DNA from: a virus
Taxonomy: Duplodnaviria; Caudoviricetes
Length of the DNA stretch: 52,044 nt
Strand: one strand, 5' to 3'
IMG/VR virus record: IMGVR_UViG_3300028835_000313
Location: 1 to 52,044 of that record
The notes under the pieces were generated by a model. It ran no database searches and had not been told where the DNA came from. It worked only from the letters and a program-made list of their open reading frames with translations. Of the stretch, positions 18,101 to 27,600 are shown one piece after another. How positions within the stretch are numbered: the first letter of the stretch is position 1; each line of letters opens with the position of its first letter. Both the position numbers and the translations under genes were made by a program.

Positions 18101-18672
18101 GTTAAAAATCCAAATGTTCCAGCTTCAACATCATGCGTTAACATTCCTATTGCATCTACTGTTTCAAAATCCCTGTTATGAGCTACTGATACCGTTGGGA
18201 ATCCTGTTTCACCTCCACTTATATACACAATTATTCCATTATCGAAAGTAGAACCATTGTTATTTTTAATTTTCAACCATAATTCCTGTCCCATCTGCAT
18301 AGCAATGTCGACTTCATCGTTATACATTCTCAATGCACCATTCGTAGTATCAACATCAACTTTGTAAGGATTATGTCCAGTGGTTACTGCATCCCTATTT
18401 AAAAACAATGAATCAATTGGCTGAACAAATGAATACTTATTAACAGTGTCAATCATTTGCCCTAAATTAATCCCATCGGAATCAATCAATCCATCGCTAA
18501 TATTGTGCAGTTTTGCCGTCCCGTCGGTTTGCGGAACGATTAAATCTGATTCAATACTATTGATATATTGCATCAATTTTACTCTTATTGTCAATTCATC
18601 TACCTCATCATTCTGAGCAAATAAATTGAACATTAAAAGAATTAACCCTATGAATAATATTATTTTTTTCAT
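15154..18672 (-). CDS. Tail fibre/tailspike-like protein with pectin-lyase-like beta-helix region and N-terminal signal-like peptide
   Basis: EINQAIDFVNAKGGGIVFLKEG motif; Gly/Thr-rich; at the end of the tail module. Confidence 0.7.
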   Translation of the reverse strand: MKKIILFIGLILLMFNLFAQNDEVDELTIRVKLMQYINSIESDLIVPQTDGTAKLHNISDGLIDSDGINLGQMIDTVNKYSFVQPIDSLFLNRDAVTTGHNPYKVDVDTTNGALRMYNDEVDIAMQMGQELWLKIKNNNGSTFDNGIIVYISGGETGFPTVSVAHNRDFETVDAIGMLTHDVEAGTFGFLTTYGTVGGLDTSGETPGAIVYVDTLTAGKNWTTTIPEFSNFQYEIGFIHTVDAVEGKIFINPKGQIDDVMHNINNANILENFDFTESSNGTTITGTLESSDGKDYLTVRWSDGFAKISVPCTITIPAGTDHNSQTAYIYIPKSTGVLTSSTSYFPIGTQYKTIAKTEAWSALRTQTNGLKGLQNYNDFIASTGSLRGRIAQIGNWQRLRNLKYINGSNGTVTVRPNGAASDTVTFGVTQGNWSQSNEQVLLAMDMFTGDSIYVLNYPDHPDTAIIDLNEILIDATGASLTGRSWTWVFWIVQNKTGQQSHMYVNLPNGSYSSGAEAEADVSQFKVTDIPYEMRSYSGFVTEVVMTHANPSGGTWTVYSTTNIQGNEPGYSGGGGGDGGGGTFDSDTDTPASKAGSSNKLVGVDLGEANLVYKSVTVDGSGNMDVSGGITTNGDTVATLASKIVVTVGQENADYITNGTNDEVEINQAIDFVNAKGGGIVFLKEGSFTCVADIVIKDNVTLAGDSKSSLITGNISTPTGFTSNHTIKNITLTGDLDLTFTREVLISDMTITGDLNFTNSVISTDIKSVYLTGDHNIDGTTNPMTHNYYSNLQIRNGRLIANGMSSCSFDGLKFIGDPGAGVDEILQLNDVTVCSGDFHFDGITLDKYIYSGTTRLNRFYYSTSNDLTGSGDVSNNFIVQQTSASDFNKFIGDYKFDGNIGLGTDAVSTWKLLIKGEFGWSAVNTSGTGVFEMYSNLGEMRLLNGTKIVGHNQHLELTVNTPSSLDVNVNTDLNVDSALTVGKTIDVNENSATSGVTIGSNRGFISIGVNSIVDDGGNMKFNAVRPALFTNTIAFAQGTLGSHGALRSDILDGGEEAKFLSVNINDNASISSTGDFISSVTASITASTTQSQGQQALTSAINEVSVVANANDVVTMPTAVAGLRVVVINNGANILQIFPASGDNLGAGVDTSVTLAAGSNVEYVSYDVTNWEQL

Positions 18673-18673
18673 T

Positions 18674-19798
18674 TTATTTATATTTGCTGATTATCGTATT
18701 TATATCAACCGTAACGCCCACTCCAACAATTGTAAAATATAGAATAAACGAATTTTCATATTGAGCTAAACTTTTTAAATATTCACGCCCTAATGTGTAA
18801 ACAGGACTTGCAGTAGTTACAGGCTTTGGACTTGAAACTTCATCGCCACCAATTGAAACACCTACTTTTACCGTTCCGCTTGTACCTGTTTTAAGCACAA
18901 ATATTATTATTTCAGGTAAATAGTTTGCTGCAACTGTTAATTGTTGGCTTCCTGAAACTCCTTCTAAATTTATTGGATAAGTATTTTCCATATCTTCTGG
19001 TTCTGGTATTACTGATTGACCGGAATCATCTGCATTTACTCCGGGTGTTACATATTCTGCACAAATTAAAGTCATTTGCTGTGTAGTACTTTTCCCGAAT
19101 CGTTCTGAACTTAATTCAGTTACAGTGTATTGTTTATCATTTACAAAAAAGAAAAATAAATTACTTGCTAATCTTAATTGTCGTTTTTTATATTCCGGTA
19201 ACTCTCCGGTTGTAAGTTCACCATTAAAAGTAGTAGCTGCGTATGTTTTTGTCTTTTGATTTTGCTTGTCGTAAATATCCTGATCTGTTTCATCTTCGCC
19301 ATCTGGAATCCTTGAAGGAATTCTCATAAAATGTTGAATACCTGTTGAATAATCTACAAACTCAGTATTAGTATCGTTGTAAAACTTTACTAAAAGAGTA
19401 TATTTGTGTTCCGTTGCCACATCAATCAATTCGCTTTCATATTCTACTGCATCCTGAATTGAATCAGCACCGTTAACTATAATTGAAAAACTTCCGTTTG
19501 CGTTAAAAGTATGTGTAAATTCATAAGTTGAGAAACTTGTATAAGTCTTTTTTTCTGTTACTGTTAATACTGCGGTAGAATTATCTGAATTGTCACGCAA
19601 AACAGCAGTTATAGCACCATCGTAATCTGTTCTTATCTGGATAGTTCTTTCATCACCGTTATTTACTAATTGACAATGATTAGGTATAATTTTCAATCCG
19701 GCCTGTTCCCTTTCCTGATAAAGCTGATTGTCATAATTTGGCAAAAGACTATCTCTTATTGCAAACCTAAATGAACTTTCTGGTGATATTATAAACAT
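18674..19798 (-). CDS. Minor tail/baseplate protein
   Basis: Position and beta-rich composition. Confidence 0.6.
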   Translation of the reverse strand: MFIISPESSFRFAIRDSLLPNYDNQLYQEREQAGLKIIPNHCQLVNNGDERTIQIRTDYDGAITAVLRDNSDNSTAVLTVTEKKTYTSFSTYEFTHTFNANGSFSIIVNGADSIQDAVEYESELIDVATEHKYTLLVKFYNDTNTEFVDYSTGIQHFMRIPSRIPDGEDETDQDIYDKQNQKTKTYAATTFNGELTTGELPEYKKRQLRLASNLFFFFVNDKQYTVTELSSERFGKSTTQQMTLICAEYVTPGVNADDSGQSVIPEPEDMENTYPINLEGVSGSQQLTVAANYLPEIIIFVLKTGTSGTVKVGVSIGGDEVSSPKPVTTASPVYTLGREYLKSLAQYENSFILYFTIVGVGVTVDINTIISKYK

Positions 19799-19810
19799 AT
19801 TGCAAATTTA

Positions 19811-22800
19811 CTAAATTAAAACATTACTTTCCTTATCATTATAAGCGCACATAGCTTCTGTTGTTTTTGCTGCCCAATTTACATCAGAGATAGGCGTATA
19901 AGTACCTCCATCATATCCAGTTATCCAATCACCATTCCTATATTTTGTCTCTGCAAGATTATCAGCCAACCATTCTATTTCATTTATAACTATTGTTCTA
20001 TAATTTGTACCATCATTACCAGTATAACTACCAGTAACTCCATCGGCAATACCTGTTGCATCTTTTATTAATCTAATAGATTGCCCATATTTTTTAGGGA
20101 ATGCAGTCCTCAAAAATTTATCTGTATCATTGCTTAATACAAATAACCATGAATTATTCCCAATACTTGTTGAACTCCATATACGGCCGGTAATAAGCAT
20201 AGATGAAAATGCACCATTGGAAGTTCTAACTCCAGCACCTCTCCCATTAAAGCTAAATTCATTAGTAGCACCAGTATTGGGAGATAGCCAATATATAAAT
20301 CCCGTTTCTTTTAATTTACCACCAACCGAATTATTGATATAATCTCCACCAGCACCAAGATAATCTGCAAGTGCTTTAAGTTTAGTATCTGTTGGTATTG
20401 TCCAATTATCGCTACTTGTCAATTTCCTAATGTCACTTATTACATACCAATTATAAAGCCAGCCATATTTAATTTGTATTAAAGGAGTTATATAATCCGT
20501 ATTTACTTCTAATCCTAAAACTTTACCTAATTTACTTTCGCCACCTGTATTCAAATCCAATAACCAAACATATCTATAATCTTCGGTTGTGCTTTGTCGA
20601 AATCTGACAATACCTAAATAATTAGGCTTTGTCTCGTTCGTGAATGTTTCATTTAAAACATCAACTACAGATTTATCTACGATTAAATTAAAGTCAATTG
20701 CATTAGGTTTAAAAAATGGAGTGGCTAAATCATTAACTAGCACATCTTCATTTTCAGCTATTGCAACTGATTCAGTTGTTTTTTTAGTTATTGTTGTGCT
20801 GTTTTTCTCGGATGTATTGAATTTTACAAACTGACTCAACCTATTTTCAAGACCGGCACGAAGTATCGGACCATGTTCGCGTAAATTTCTTGCCGGTGTA
20901 ATATCAAGATTGAATGAATTTTCTCCAAAAGGTGTATTTTCGATTACATCGAATCCCTCGTTTGTTTTTGCTAAATATTGAGATTCGCCGAAATAAATAT
21001 CATCTACTAAAAATCCTACTGTTGCAGGAATCCATAATTCAATAGTTCCTGTTGTTGGAATATTTTCTGTTAATAATGAATAAGTTTGGAATGATTGTAA
21101 CGATGATTCTGCCGTTGGTGGAAAATTAGTAACAAAATAATTCAGTTGTTGAGTAGTAGTTTCGAGCCATGTACCATCAGCTTTTAAGTAAAATGTTTGC
21201 CCTCCGTTGGTTAGTTTCATCGTAAACAAAGCATTAATATCAGTCGCACCTATATTTTCATAACTAAGTTTAAAGTCTATCTGAATAATAGACGAAACGA
21301 CAACTGATTGCTTAACTGATGCCTGTCCTAATATTCCTGATTCATAATAACATCTATTCGAACCGAGTAAGTTTTTTCTTAAAACAGTTCCAGTTGTTAT
21401 CCAATCATCAGGAGTATTATCATCTGTCCAACTTTCAAAATTACCATTTAATAATAATGTTGTTCCTGTTACTAATGTAATGAAGAAATTATCACTATCG
21501 TAACGAGTATCTTCGGTAGGAAAGCTTGATTTCGGTTTTGCTCTTGCGTTTTGAATTGCGTTATTATCTGCTCTAATTGGAGATACTACATTATACTCTT
21601 CGTTAACTACTGTTATCGGTGTACTGAATTCAGATTTTTGATTAAATTCATTCAATCCATTTCTTTCTTCGTATAAGGCTTTGCTATATCCTACTGATAT
21701 TTTATTAAAAATCCGTTCGGAAATATAAGACTCTTCTATATTCGAGGCATTATCGATTGTTAAAATAATCCTATCGTCAAAAGCATATTTTATTTCTTCA
21801 ACTCTCAATGTATCTACACCATCAATAACCTCAATAAGCGCACAAATAGGCTTCAATGCATTAACAGCGGTAAATATTTCATCGTGACTTAATGTAATAG
21901 GTGATTCGTCCCTTGAAAAACCTCTAATCCTTTCACCACTTGTAATCAGAATTTTGCTTAAATCACCATCAGCAGAATAACTACGCGGTTCAGAATTTAA
22001 CCTACCTAATAACTCAGAATAAAGTGGTTTGTCTGTTCCTGTTAATATTTGTAAGTTCCTACTCCATGCCTCATGAATTAACATGCCTGAGATATTAAAA
22101 TCAGGCAGTTCATCTACATTTGCCTCAGTTGTTACAAGTGCCAGGTAAGGAGTTACCGTGTCAAAATCTTCAAAAATGTTATTCGATTCAACTGTCAATA
22201 GAAAATAATCACCGTCATTTGGAGTAAAAGTCCTATCACCAGAAAAATATAATGTTTTTATTGTATTCAATTCCCCTGGCAATGTGGCCAATATTTCTTC
22301 TTCCTGTAATACGTCAGATGAATTATAACGTTTTAATTTCAACTCAACAACTGGCTTGTCACTTCCAAAGTCTATATCAGTTTCATAACCTACTGATATT
22401 TTAATCGAATTGACTCCACTTGAAATATAAAATGATCCTGCTTGTCCATCCGTCACTCCTGTATTGGCTACTGTTATAACATTGTCGTCATTAGACGATA
22501 ATAATATTAAAGGAGATGAGTGATTCCCTAATATTGATTGTGACGAATCGGCTTCTAGTGTACCTACTAATATTTCAGGGATACTAGGTAATTTTATCCA
22601 TGTTTCTTCGTTGGTAAATCCTGAAATCTGAAATCCATTCAATGCCTCTAATCTACTTAATTGCGGTCTTATCTTTTCGCCATTTTTGATTGTGTTCCAG
22701 AATGATGAATCAATTACAATTATTTTGACATTCCTTCCTTCGTTTCCGTCAAATGCTTTATAATCAACAAAGTTAAAACTACCTCTGAACCTTAGAAATT

Positions 22801-23056
22801 CAGTATAAGTTTCATAGTCTACTTCATATACTAAAAAATCAGCCGCAGATTCAAAAGCAAGTTGGCTATTTATCCGCCTTAAAAAGTCTGCTCCAGTACC
22901 TTTAAATACTAATTCATTAGCTGAAAATTTCCTAAATATACCATTATATTTAGGCGACCGTGGGAAAACAGATTCGTCATTCTTCCATCCATCAGGAGAA
23001 TCTACATCTTCATTTGGAAGGTTTGCGTTTTCTATGTGGTATCTGAATTTTCCCAT
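19811..23056 (-). CDS. Tail tip/hub protein with carbohydrate-binding-like insert and C-terminal FISUMP (Fib_succ_major) domain
   Basis: Follows the tape measure; LLLNGNFESW; YGWLYNWY...GGKLKETG..W.SPN.GATN...G.SIRLIKD. Confidence 0.75.
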   Translation of the reverse strand: MGKFRYHIENANLPNEDVDSPDGWKNDESVFPRSPKYNGIFRKFSANELVFKGTGADFLRRINSQLAFESAADFLVYEVDYETYTEFLRFRGSFNFVDYKAFDGNEGRNVKIIVIDSSFWNTIKNGEKIRPQLSRLEALNGFQISGFTNEETWIKLPSIPEILVGTLEADSSQSILGNHSSPLILLSSNDDNVITVANTGVTDGQAGSFYISSGVNSIKISVGYETDIDFGSDKPVVELKLKRYNSSDVLQEEEILATLPGELNTIKTLYFSGDRTFTPNDGDYFLLTVESNNIFEDFDTVTPYLALVTTEANVDELPDFNISGMLIHEAWSRNLQILTGTDKPLYSELLGRLNSEPRSYSADGDLSKILITSGERIRGFSRDESPITLSHDEIFTAVNALKPICALIEVIDGVDTLRVEEIKYAFDDRIILTIDNASNIEESYISERIFNKISVGYSKALYEERNGLNEFNQKSEFSTPITVVNEEYNVVSPIRADNNAIQNARAKPKSSFPTEDTRYDSDNFFITLVTGTTLLLNGNFESWTDDNTPDDWITTGTVLRKNLLGSNRCYYESGILGQASVKQSVVVSSIIQIDFKLSYENIGATDINALFTMKLTNGGQTFYLKADGTWLETTTQQLNYFVTNFPPTAESSLQSFQTYSLLTENIPTTGTIELWIPATVGFLVDDIYFGESQYLAKTNEGFDVIENTPFGENSFNLDITPARNLREHGPILRAGLENRLSQFVKFNTSEKNSTTITKKTTESVAIAENEDVLVNDLATPFFKPNAIDFNLIVDKSVVDVLNETFTNETKPNYLGIVRFRQSTTEDYRYVWLLDLNTGGESKLGKVLGLEVNTDYITPLIQIKYGWLYNWYVISDIRKLTSSDNWTIPTDTKLKALADYLGAGGDYINNSVGGKLKETGFIYWLSPNTGATNEFSFNGRGAGVRTSNGAFSSMLITGRIWSSTSIGNNSWLFVLSNDTDKFLRTAFPKKYGQSIRLIKDATGIADGVTGSYTGNDGTNYRTIVINEIEWLADNLAETKYRNGDWITGYDGGTYTPISDVNWAAKTTEAMCAYNDKESNVLI

Positions 23057-25893
23057 TATAGAAATTTGTTTTTATATGAGTTTGAAACAGCTTGATTTTG
23101 ATTGTATTTATCTCTTGCAATAGCTTTTACTATTTGTCGTGTATTTCTTCGTCCTTCGCTCTTTAATTCAGCAGTATCAAAGAAAATGTTATTAGTTCGA
23201 TCTGCCTGTGCCATTATTTTTTCAGTCTCAGAATTTGGGTTAATAGTTGCACCTTGATATTTATTACCTTTAAAATGCGTCGGTTTATCAACCATCATTA
23301 CTTGCCCTGTTCTTAATGTCATTAATTCTCTTCCGGCTTCTCCTGCAATAAATTCAGAAGGTGTGTTTGCTTTTCCTTTAGTTCCTTCAGCGAATTCAGG
23401 TATCGGTTGCGCTGCTATGATTCCAATTTGAACAGCACCTAGTATTCCTGCCAAAATAGCTGCCGGTGTTATAATTCCAAGAGATACAACAGACTTTGCA
23501 GTATTTATTATTGCAGATGCCAATGCTCCCCTCTTCTCAGCTTTTGCCTGTTTTGTTTTAAGTTCCGCAGCTTGTTTTGCAAACTTCTCTTCAATCTTTT
23601 GTTTTTCTTCGGCTGTTAAATTCTCTTTTGCAAGTTCAGCCTCTTTTTGCATTTCTAATACATCGAACTCTTTTTGAAGATTGGCAATTTTCCTTTCAGA
23701 AAGTGCATCTGAAATCATTCCAGCGGCTTCAAATCCAGTATCTATAATTAATTTTCTTGTTTCCTCGTCGTCAGCTTCTCTTTTTAATATCTCAGAAGAT
23801 GTGTCAGATGCTTGTTTTGATCTTTCTTTGAGTTTATCTAAATTGTCTTTAAGGAATTCCTCATCGGCTTCCTTTTTGTCCTTGACTTCATCAAATACTC
23901 CTTTCCGTTGAGTTTTCCTTACATCTTCAACAAACTTTTCATTTGACTTCCTAAGTTCCTTACGATGCCTTTCCCTTTCGGCTTCAATTTCTTTATTGGC
24001 TTTTTTCTCTGCTTTTTTACGTTCTTCAGCAATCTTTTCAGCAGCTTCTAATTCGGCTACTTCAGCCTCTGTTCGTTTTAATGCTTTTCTAGCCGCAGCA
24101 TCTTTTTCTAACTTTTCTAATTCTTCTATCCTGCGATGTATTCTAATAACAGCATTTGTAGCTGATCTTTCTGCTAAATCATCATCCTCTTTTCTTGCTT
24201 CCTGTCTTAAATCTTGTTGGGCTTGTAGTAATTTTCTTAATTCTGTTAGTGTTATTTTGTGAAATTCATCTGTTCTTGCTTTTGATTCTTTCCTAACTTT
24301 ATCATCAAGCCCAAATAGAGTAGCCCAAAATATTCCTGCTGTTGGACCTACTGCTGCATTAGCATTTGTAATACCATCTAATATGTTAGTAAAGAAATTA
24401 GTAACACCTGATAATACGCCTTCGCTCTCTCTAAATCCTAAAATGAGTTTTTCCCATGAACTGCCGAGACTTTTAATAGATCCATCCAAAGTTGCCATTT
24501 GCTCTTTAGCAACTGTTTCAGCAACATTACCTACATTCTCATATTCAGCAGTTAATTCAATAGCTTTTTCTTTATTATCGGCTAATGCAAGCCCTACGAT
24601 TGCCCCTCGTTTACCGAATAAATCATAAGCAGCAGATAAACGATTTGAACTGTTATTAATTCGATCTAGTGCTTCCTCTAATGTTATTCCTTCTTTGGAT
24701 ATTTCAAGGAAAATATTTCTTAATGAAGTACCCGAAACCGAGGCATCCAATGTTGCATCTTGCGCTATCGACAACAATGAAAGTGTTTTCGATAACGGAA
24801 CATTTAAAGCACTTGCGGCAGCTGCAACTTTTGGTAATGCAGTTTCTAAACTTGAAAAACTTAAACTTGACCTTTGTGTTGCGATTGTTAATTGATCTAT
24901 AATTTTAGCAGCATCAGTAGTGCCTAAACTTGCATAAGCTTTAACTACTGCACCTACAAGAGTAGCGGTTGCATCTAATTCAGAATTCAAAGCAATAGAA
25001 CCCTGTATCGTAGCTTCTGTAAGGTTTTGAATCTCACCCATTGTGAAACCTAACCGAGCAAAAGAAACCTGTAATTTAACAACTTCGGATGCTGTAATAG
25101 GATAAACGGATCCTAATTGAACCGCTTGATTCGTTAATTCAGTAATTTCATCTCTGGTTTTACCAAGAACTCCAGCTAATACAGCATTTTCCTTCGTGAA
25201 TGATCTAAGAGTAGAAAAAGCATCCTTCATCACCCTGGCAAACATCGCAACTCCGCCGACAACACCAAACGCACCGAGTAAACTTGTTGCAACACCTTTT
25301 AATGCCTGTTTGTAATTTCCTACATGCCTTTGAGAACGACCAATTTGAGAATCTAATTTCTTCAAGGCTTTTTCATCCCTAACAATAGCCGCTTCAAGAT
25401 TTCGCCCTTCTTTTGTATTTTCTCTTAAATGCTTAGGAAGTGCTTTCCATTTTGCAATATTTTTAGTTAATGCTGCAGTTATTGCATTATATGCTCCATT
25501 CTGAGCTTTAACAACAATTATATTTTGTTTGACTTCTTTTGTGTTTGCGGCTTCTAATCTTGCAGTATCTTTTAAATCTTTTCTTTTTTTCTGAGCCGCT
25601 ATCTGATTGGCTGCAATTTGCTTTTGCCGTTCATCGCCAAGTTGTTTTAATTGTTGTTCTGTTTTAAATAATTGTTGTTCAACAGTATTCAATCCTTTAG
25701 ATACACCTTCGGCTTTTTTTTGCGCTTCAGATAGTTTGACAAATGTAATATTGCTTTCTTTTAATAAATCAGACAATTGCCTAGTAGTTTCCAATAATTT
25801 ATTAGTAGCGTCATTGGTATTATTCAACCCCTGAGTCATCTTATTGAGTTGCTCCGGTGCATTTTTTGGAAATATGTTACCTACTTCGGGCAT
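23056..25893 (-). CDS. Tail tape measure protein (TP901-family core)
   Basis: Long helical Ala/Lys-rich protein; SGTSLRNIF, LFGKRG, QMATLDGSIKSLGSSWE. Confidence 0.9.
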   Translation of the reverse strand: MPEVGNIFPKNAPEQLNKMTQGLNNTNDATNKLLETTRQLSDLLKESNITFVKLSEAQKKAEGVSKGLNTVEQQLFKTEQQLKQLGDERQKQIAANQIAAQKKRKDLKDTARLEAANTKEVKQNIIVVKAQNGAYNAITAALTKNIAKWKALPKHLRENTKEGRNLEAAIVRDEKALKKLDSQIGRSQRHVGNYKQALKGVATSLLGAFGVVGGVAMFARVMKDAFSTLRSFTKENAVLAGVLGKTRDEITELTNQAVQLGSVYPITASEVVKLQVSFARLGFTMGEIQNLTEATIQGSIALNSELDATATLVGAVVKAYASLGTTDAAKIIDQLTIATQRSSLSFSSLETALPKVAAAASALNVPLSKTLSLLSIAQDATLDASVSGTSLRNIFLEISKEGITLEEALDRINNSSNRLSAAYDLFGKRGAIVGLALADNKEKAIELTAEYENVGNVAETVAKEQMATLDGSIKSLGSSWEKLILGFRESEGVLSGVTNFFTNILDGITNANAAVGPTAGIFWATLFGLDDKVRKESKARTDEFHKITLTELRKLLQAQQDLRQEARKEDDDLAERSATNAVIRIHRRIEELEKLEKDAAARKALKRTEAEVAELEAAEKIAEERKKAEKKANKEIEAERERHRKELRKSNEKFVEDVRKTQRKGVFDEVKDKKEADEEFLKDNLDKLKERSKQASDTSSEILKREADDEETRKLIIDTGFEAAGMISDALSERKIANLQKEFDVLEMQKEAELAKENLTAEEKQKIEEKFAKQAAELKTKQAKAEKRGALASAIINTAKSVVSLGIITPAAILAGILGAVQIGIIAAQPIPEFAEGTKGKANTPSEFIAGEAGRELMTLRTGQVMMVDKPTHFKGNKYQGATINPNSETEKIMAQADRTNNIFFDTAELKSEGRRNTRQIVKAIARDKYNQNQAVSNSYKNKFL

Positions 25894-26534
25894 TACTTAT
25901 CTTTTTTTACAGGCTTTTTCAGAGCCTCTTTTTTAGCGTCAATAAATTCAATAATGGTTATTTGCGCAGGATTCCAGGCAATATTCATTTTAGAATAAAC
26001 ACCTAATGCAAATCCCATCAAATATATTTTTTCTTGTTTCCCTGTTTCTTTTGGTTTGAAGTTTTCATTATATTTATCAGTTTTGAATTCTAATAATTTC
26101 CTGACCTTCTCAATATCTTCGTATTCTTTGATTTCTATCCCTGTGTATTTCTTGATTTCATCTATATACTTTGCAGAATGTTTACTTTTTGTCAGTCTTA
26201 ATCGCCGCCATGTATATTTTTGATAAAATCTTTTTAACGAATTAATCTCTGGTTTATACTTTAACTCAGTCATAAGTCCAAGATATGCCGCTTTAATACC
26301 GTTTATATTATTCAGGCTTTCAAACTTCCAAATTGCATATTCCATTTGTTCCGCTTCATCACCTTCGTAGTTTTCGTTTAATTTTTTAACAAGTATTACC
26401 CTTACTTTTTCGATTTGTTTATTGAATAATACTGCTGGTAATACATTCCACCAATTGCGGAATTGTGAGACATTACCGGTCTTTTCCATTATGTCCCAAT
26501 CTCGAAGCGTTATTTCCCAATAATTTTTAATCAT
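25893..26534 (-). CDS. Putative tail assembly chaperone
   Basis: Position immediately before the tape measure. Confidence 0.5.
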   Translation of the reverse strand: MIKNYWEITLRDWDIMEKTGNVSQFRNWWNVLPAVLFNKQIEKVRVILVKKLNENYEGDEAEQMEYAIWKFESLNNINGIKAAYLGLMTELKYKPEINSLKRFYQKYTWRRLRLTKSKHSAKYIDEIKKYTGIEIKEYEDIEKVRKLLEFKTDKYNENFKPKETGKQEKIYLMGFALGVYSKMNIAWNPAQITIIEFIDAKKEALKKPVKKDK

Positions 26535-26977
26535 TTTTGCAGTACCAATCTTTTATATCGTGTTGCAAAAGCTTTTCCTGTTAATCGTTTTGCCTCTGCG
26601 TTTCTTTTGCGTGGAATTCCGAATATATCCAGTCCATAATTATCTGTTAATATTCCACTCTTAAAATCAAGCGAATCAACAAAATATGTTAGGTTGTTTT
26701 CATTTACATCTAAAAACATTTCATTTTGAAACGTTCCTTCTAAGAATAAATTAGGCGTTTGTTTATTTGTTTTAATTGAATAATATAAACTGAGATTTTT
26801 AGAACCAGTATCTTTATGAATTAACGACTTTCCTTTTGAATCTTTAGAATCAAGCATTTGAGCCTTATTCATATTCACCAATTGCGGGGAAACCAATTCA
26901 ATTGACGCTGCAATATGAATGTTCATATTTTGAACAAATGCATTATGCCTTTGCGTTATGTCATTTAACCTTCCCAC
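26531..26977 (-). CDS. Putative tail completion/virion morphogenesis protein
   Basis: PNLFLEGTF motif; position. Confidence 0.5.
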   Translation of the reverse strand: MGRLNDITQRHNAFVQNMNIHIAASIELVSPQLVNMNKAQMLDSKDSKGKSLIHKDTGSKNLSLYYSIKTNKQTPNLFLEGTFQNEMFLDVNENNLTYFVDSLDFKSGILTDNYGLDIFGIPRKRNAEAKRLTGKAFATRYKRLVLQK

Positions 26978-27377
26978 TAATTATGTCTTTCAAATTTTGA
27001 TGTATATCAGATTCTTTATTTTCTTTTTTCTGATATGATTTAGCCCTTTTTGCCATTCTTTTTAAAAAACGATCAAATGACATTTTAGACATTGATTCAC
27101 CATGTTTACGAATCAATACATCCAATAAGTCCAATGTCAAAACACTATTAGCAACTGCCTGAAACATTTTTATTTGAATATCAGCAGCATAAACAGTATC
27201 AATTCCCCAGATTCTTAAAACATCTTCTTTCATCCTTGAAAGTTGTTGTCTTATTTCTCTTGGAACTCCGGTCAATACTTTCAGCTTTTTTGAAACTATC
27301 CGGTTTTCAATCTCTTGAACTTCTAATTCTGTTATTGGTTCGACTTCTTTCTTTTCCTTCTTCTTAAAGCTTATCAT
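26961..27377 (-). CDS. Hypothetical protein
   Basis: ORF in the tail operon. Confidence 0.55.
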   Translation of the reverse strand: MISFKKKEKKEVEPITELEVQEIENRIVSKKLKVLTGVPREIRQQLSRMKEDVLRIWGIDTVYAADIQIKMFQAVANSVLTLDLLDVLIRKHGESMSKMSFDRFLKRMAKRAKSYQKKENKESDIHQNLKDIISGKVK

Positions 27378-27393
27378 ATTGATTTTGCGGTTT

Positions 27394-27420
27394 AAAAAAA
27401 GGGGCGATAAAAGCCCCCTT
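27394..27420 (-). terminator. Intrinsic terminator after the major tail gene unit
   Basis: AAGGGGC...GCCCCCTT with an A7 tract. Confidence 0.75.
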
Positions 27421-27422
27421 AA

Positions 27423-27599
27423 TTATTTTTTCAATTTGGCTAATTCTGCCTTAAATTCCTTGTGGATATCTTCAGCTTTTACATTTTCAGCACCTGGACG
27501 CTTGCCTATTCCGGTTGCTTTATACCATGCAGTAAATTCTGCCAGACTTAATTCCATAACTTCACGCGAGAAGTTTATCGACCGTTTACCTACTTTCAT
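27423..27599 (-). CDS. 58-aa hypothetical protein after the major tail protein (not in ORF track)
   Basis: MKVGKRSINFSREVMELSLAEF...AKLKK*. Confidence 0.6.
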   Translation of the reverse strand: MKVGKRSINFSREVMELSLAEFTAWYKATGIGKRPGAENVKAEDIHKEFKAELAKLKK

Positions 27600-27600
27600 A

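Noticed and set aside
19811-20470. Diversity-generating retroelement
   Set aside because: No reverse transcriptase ORF and no second copy of the region found by eye
23681-25834. + strand ORFs opposite the tape measure (likewise those opposite capsid, portal, terL and MTase)
   Set aside because: Antisense shadows of real genes
25893-27377. Programmed tail-chaperone frameshift
   Set aside because: No convincing slippery site at an ORF end, and each ORF has its own overlapping start
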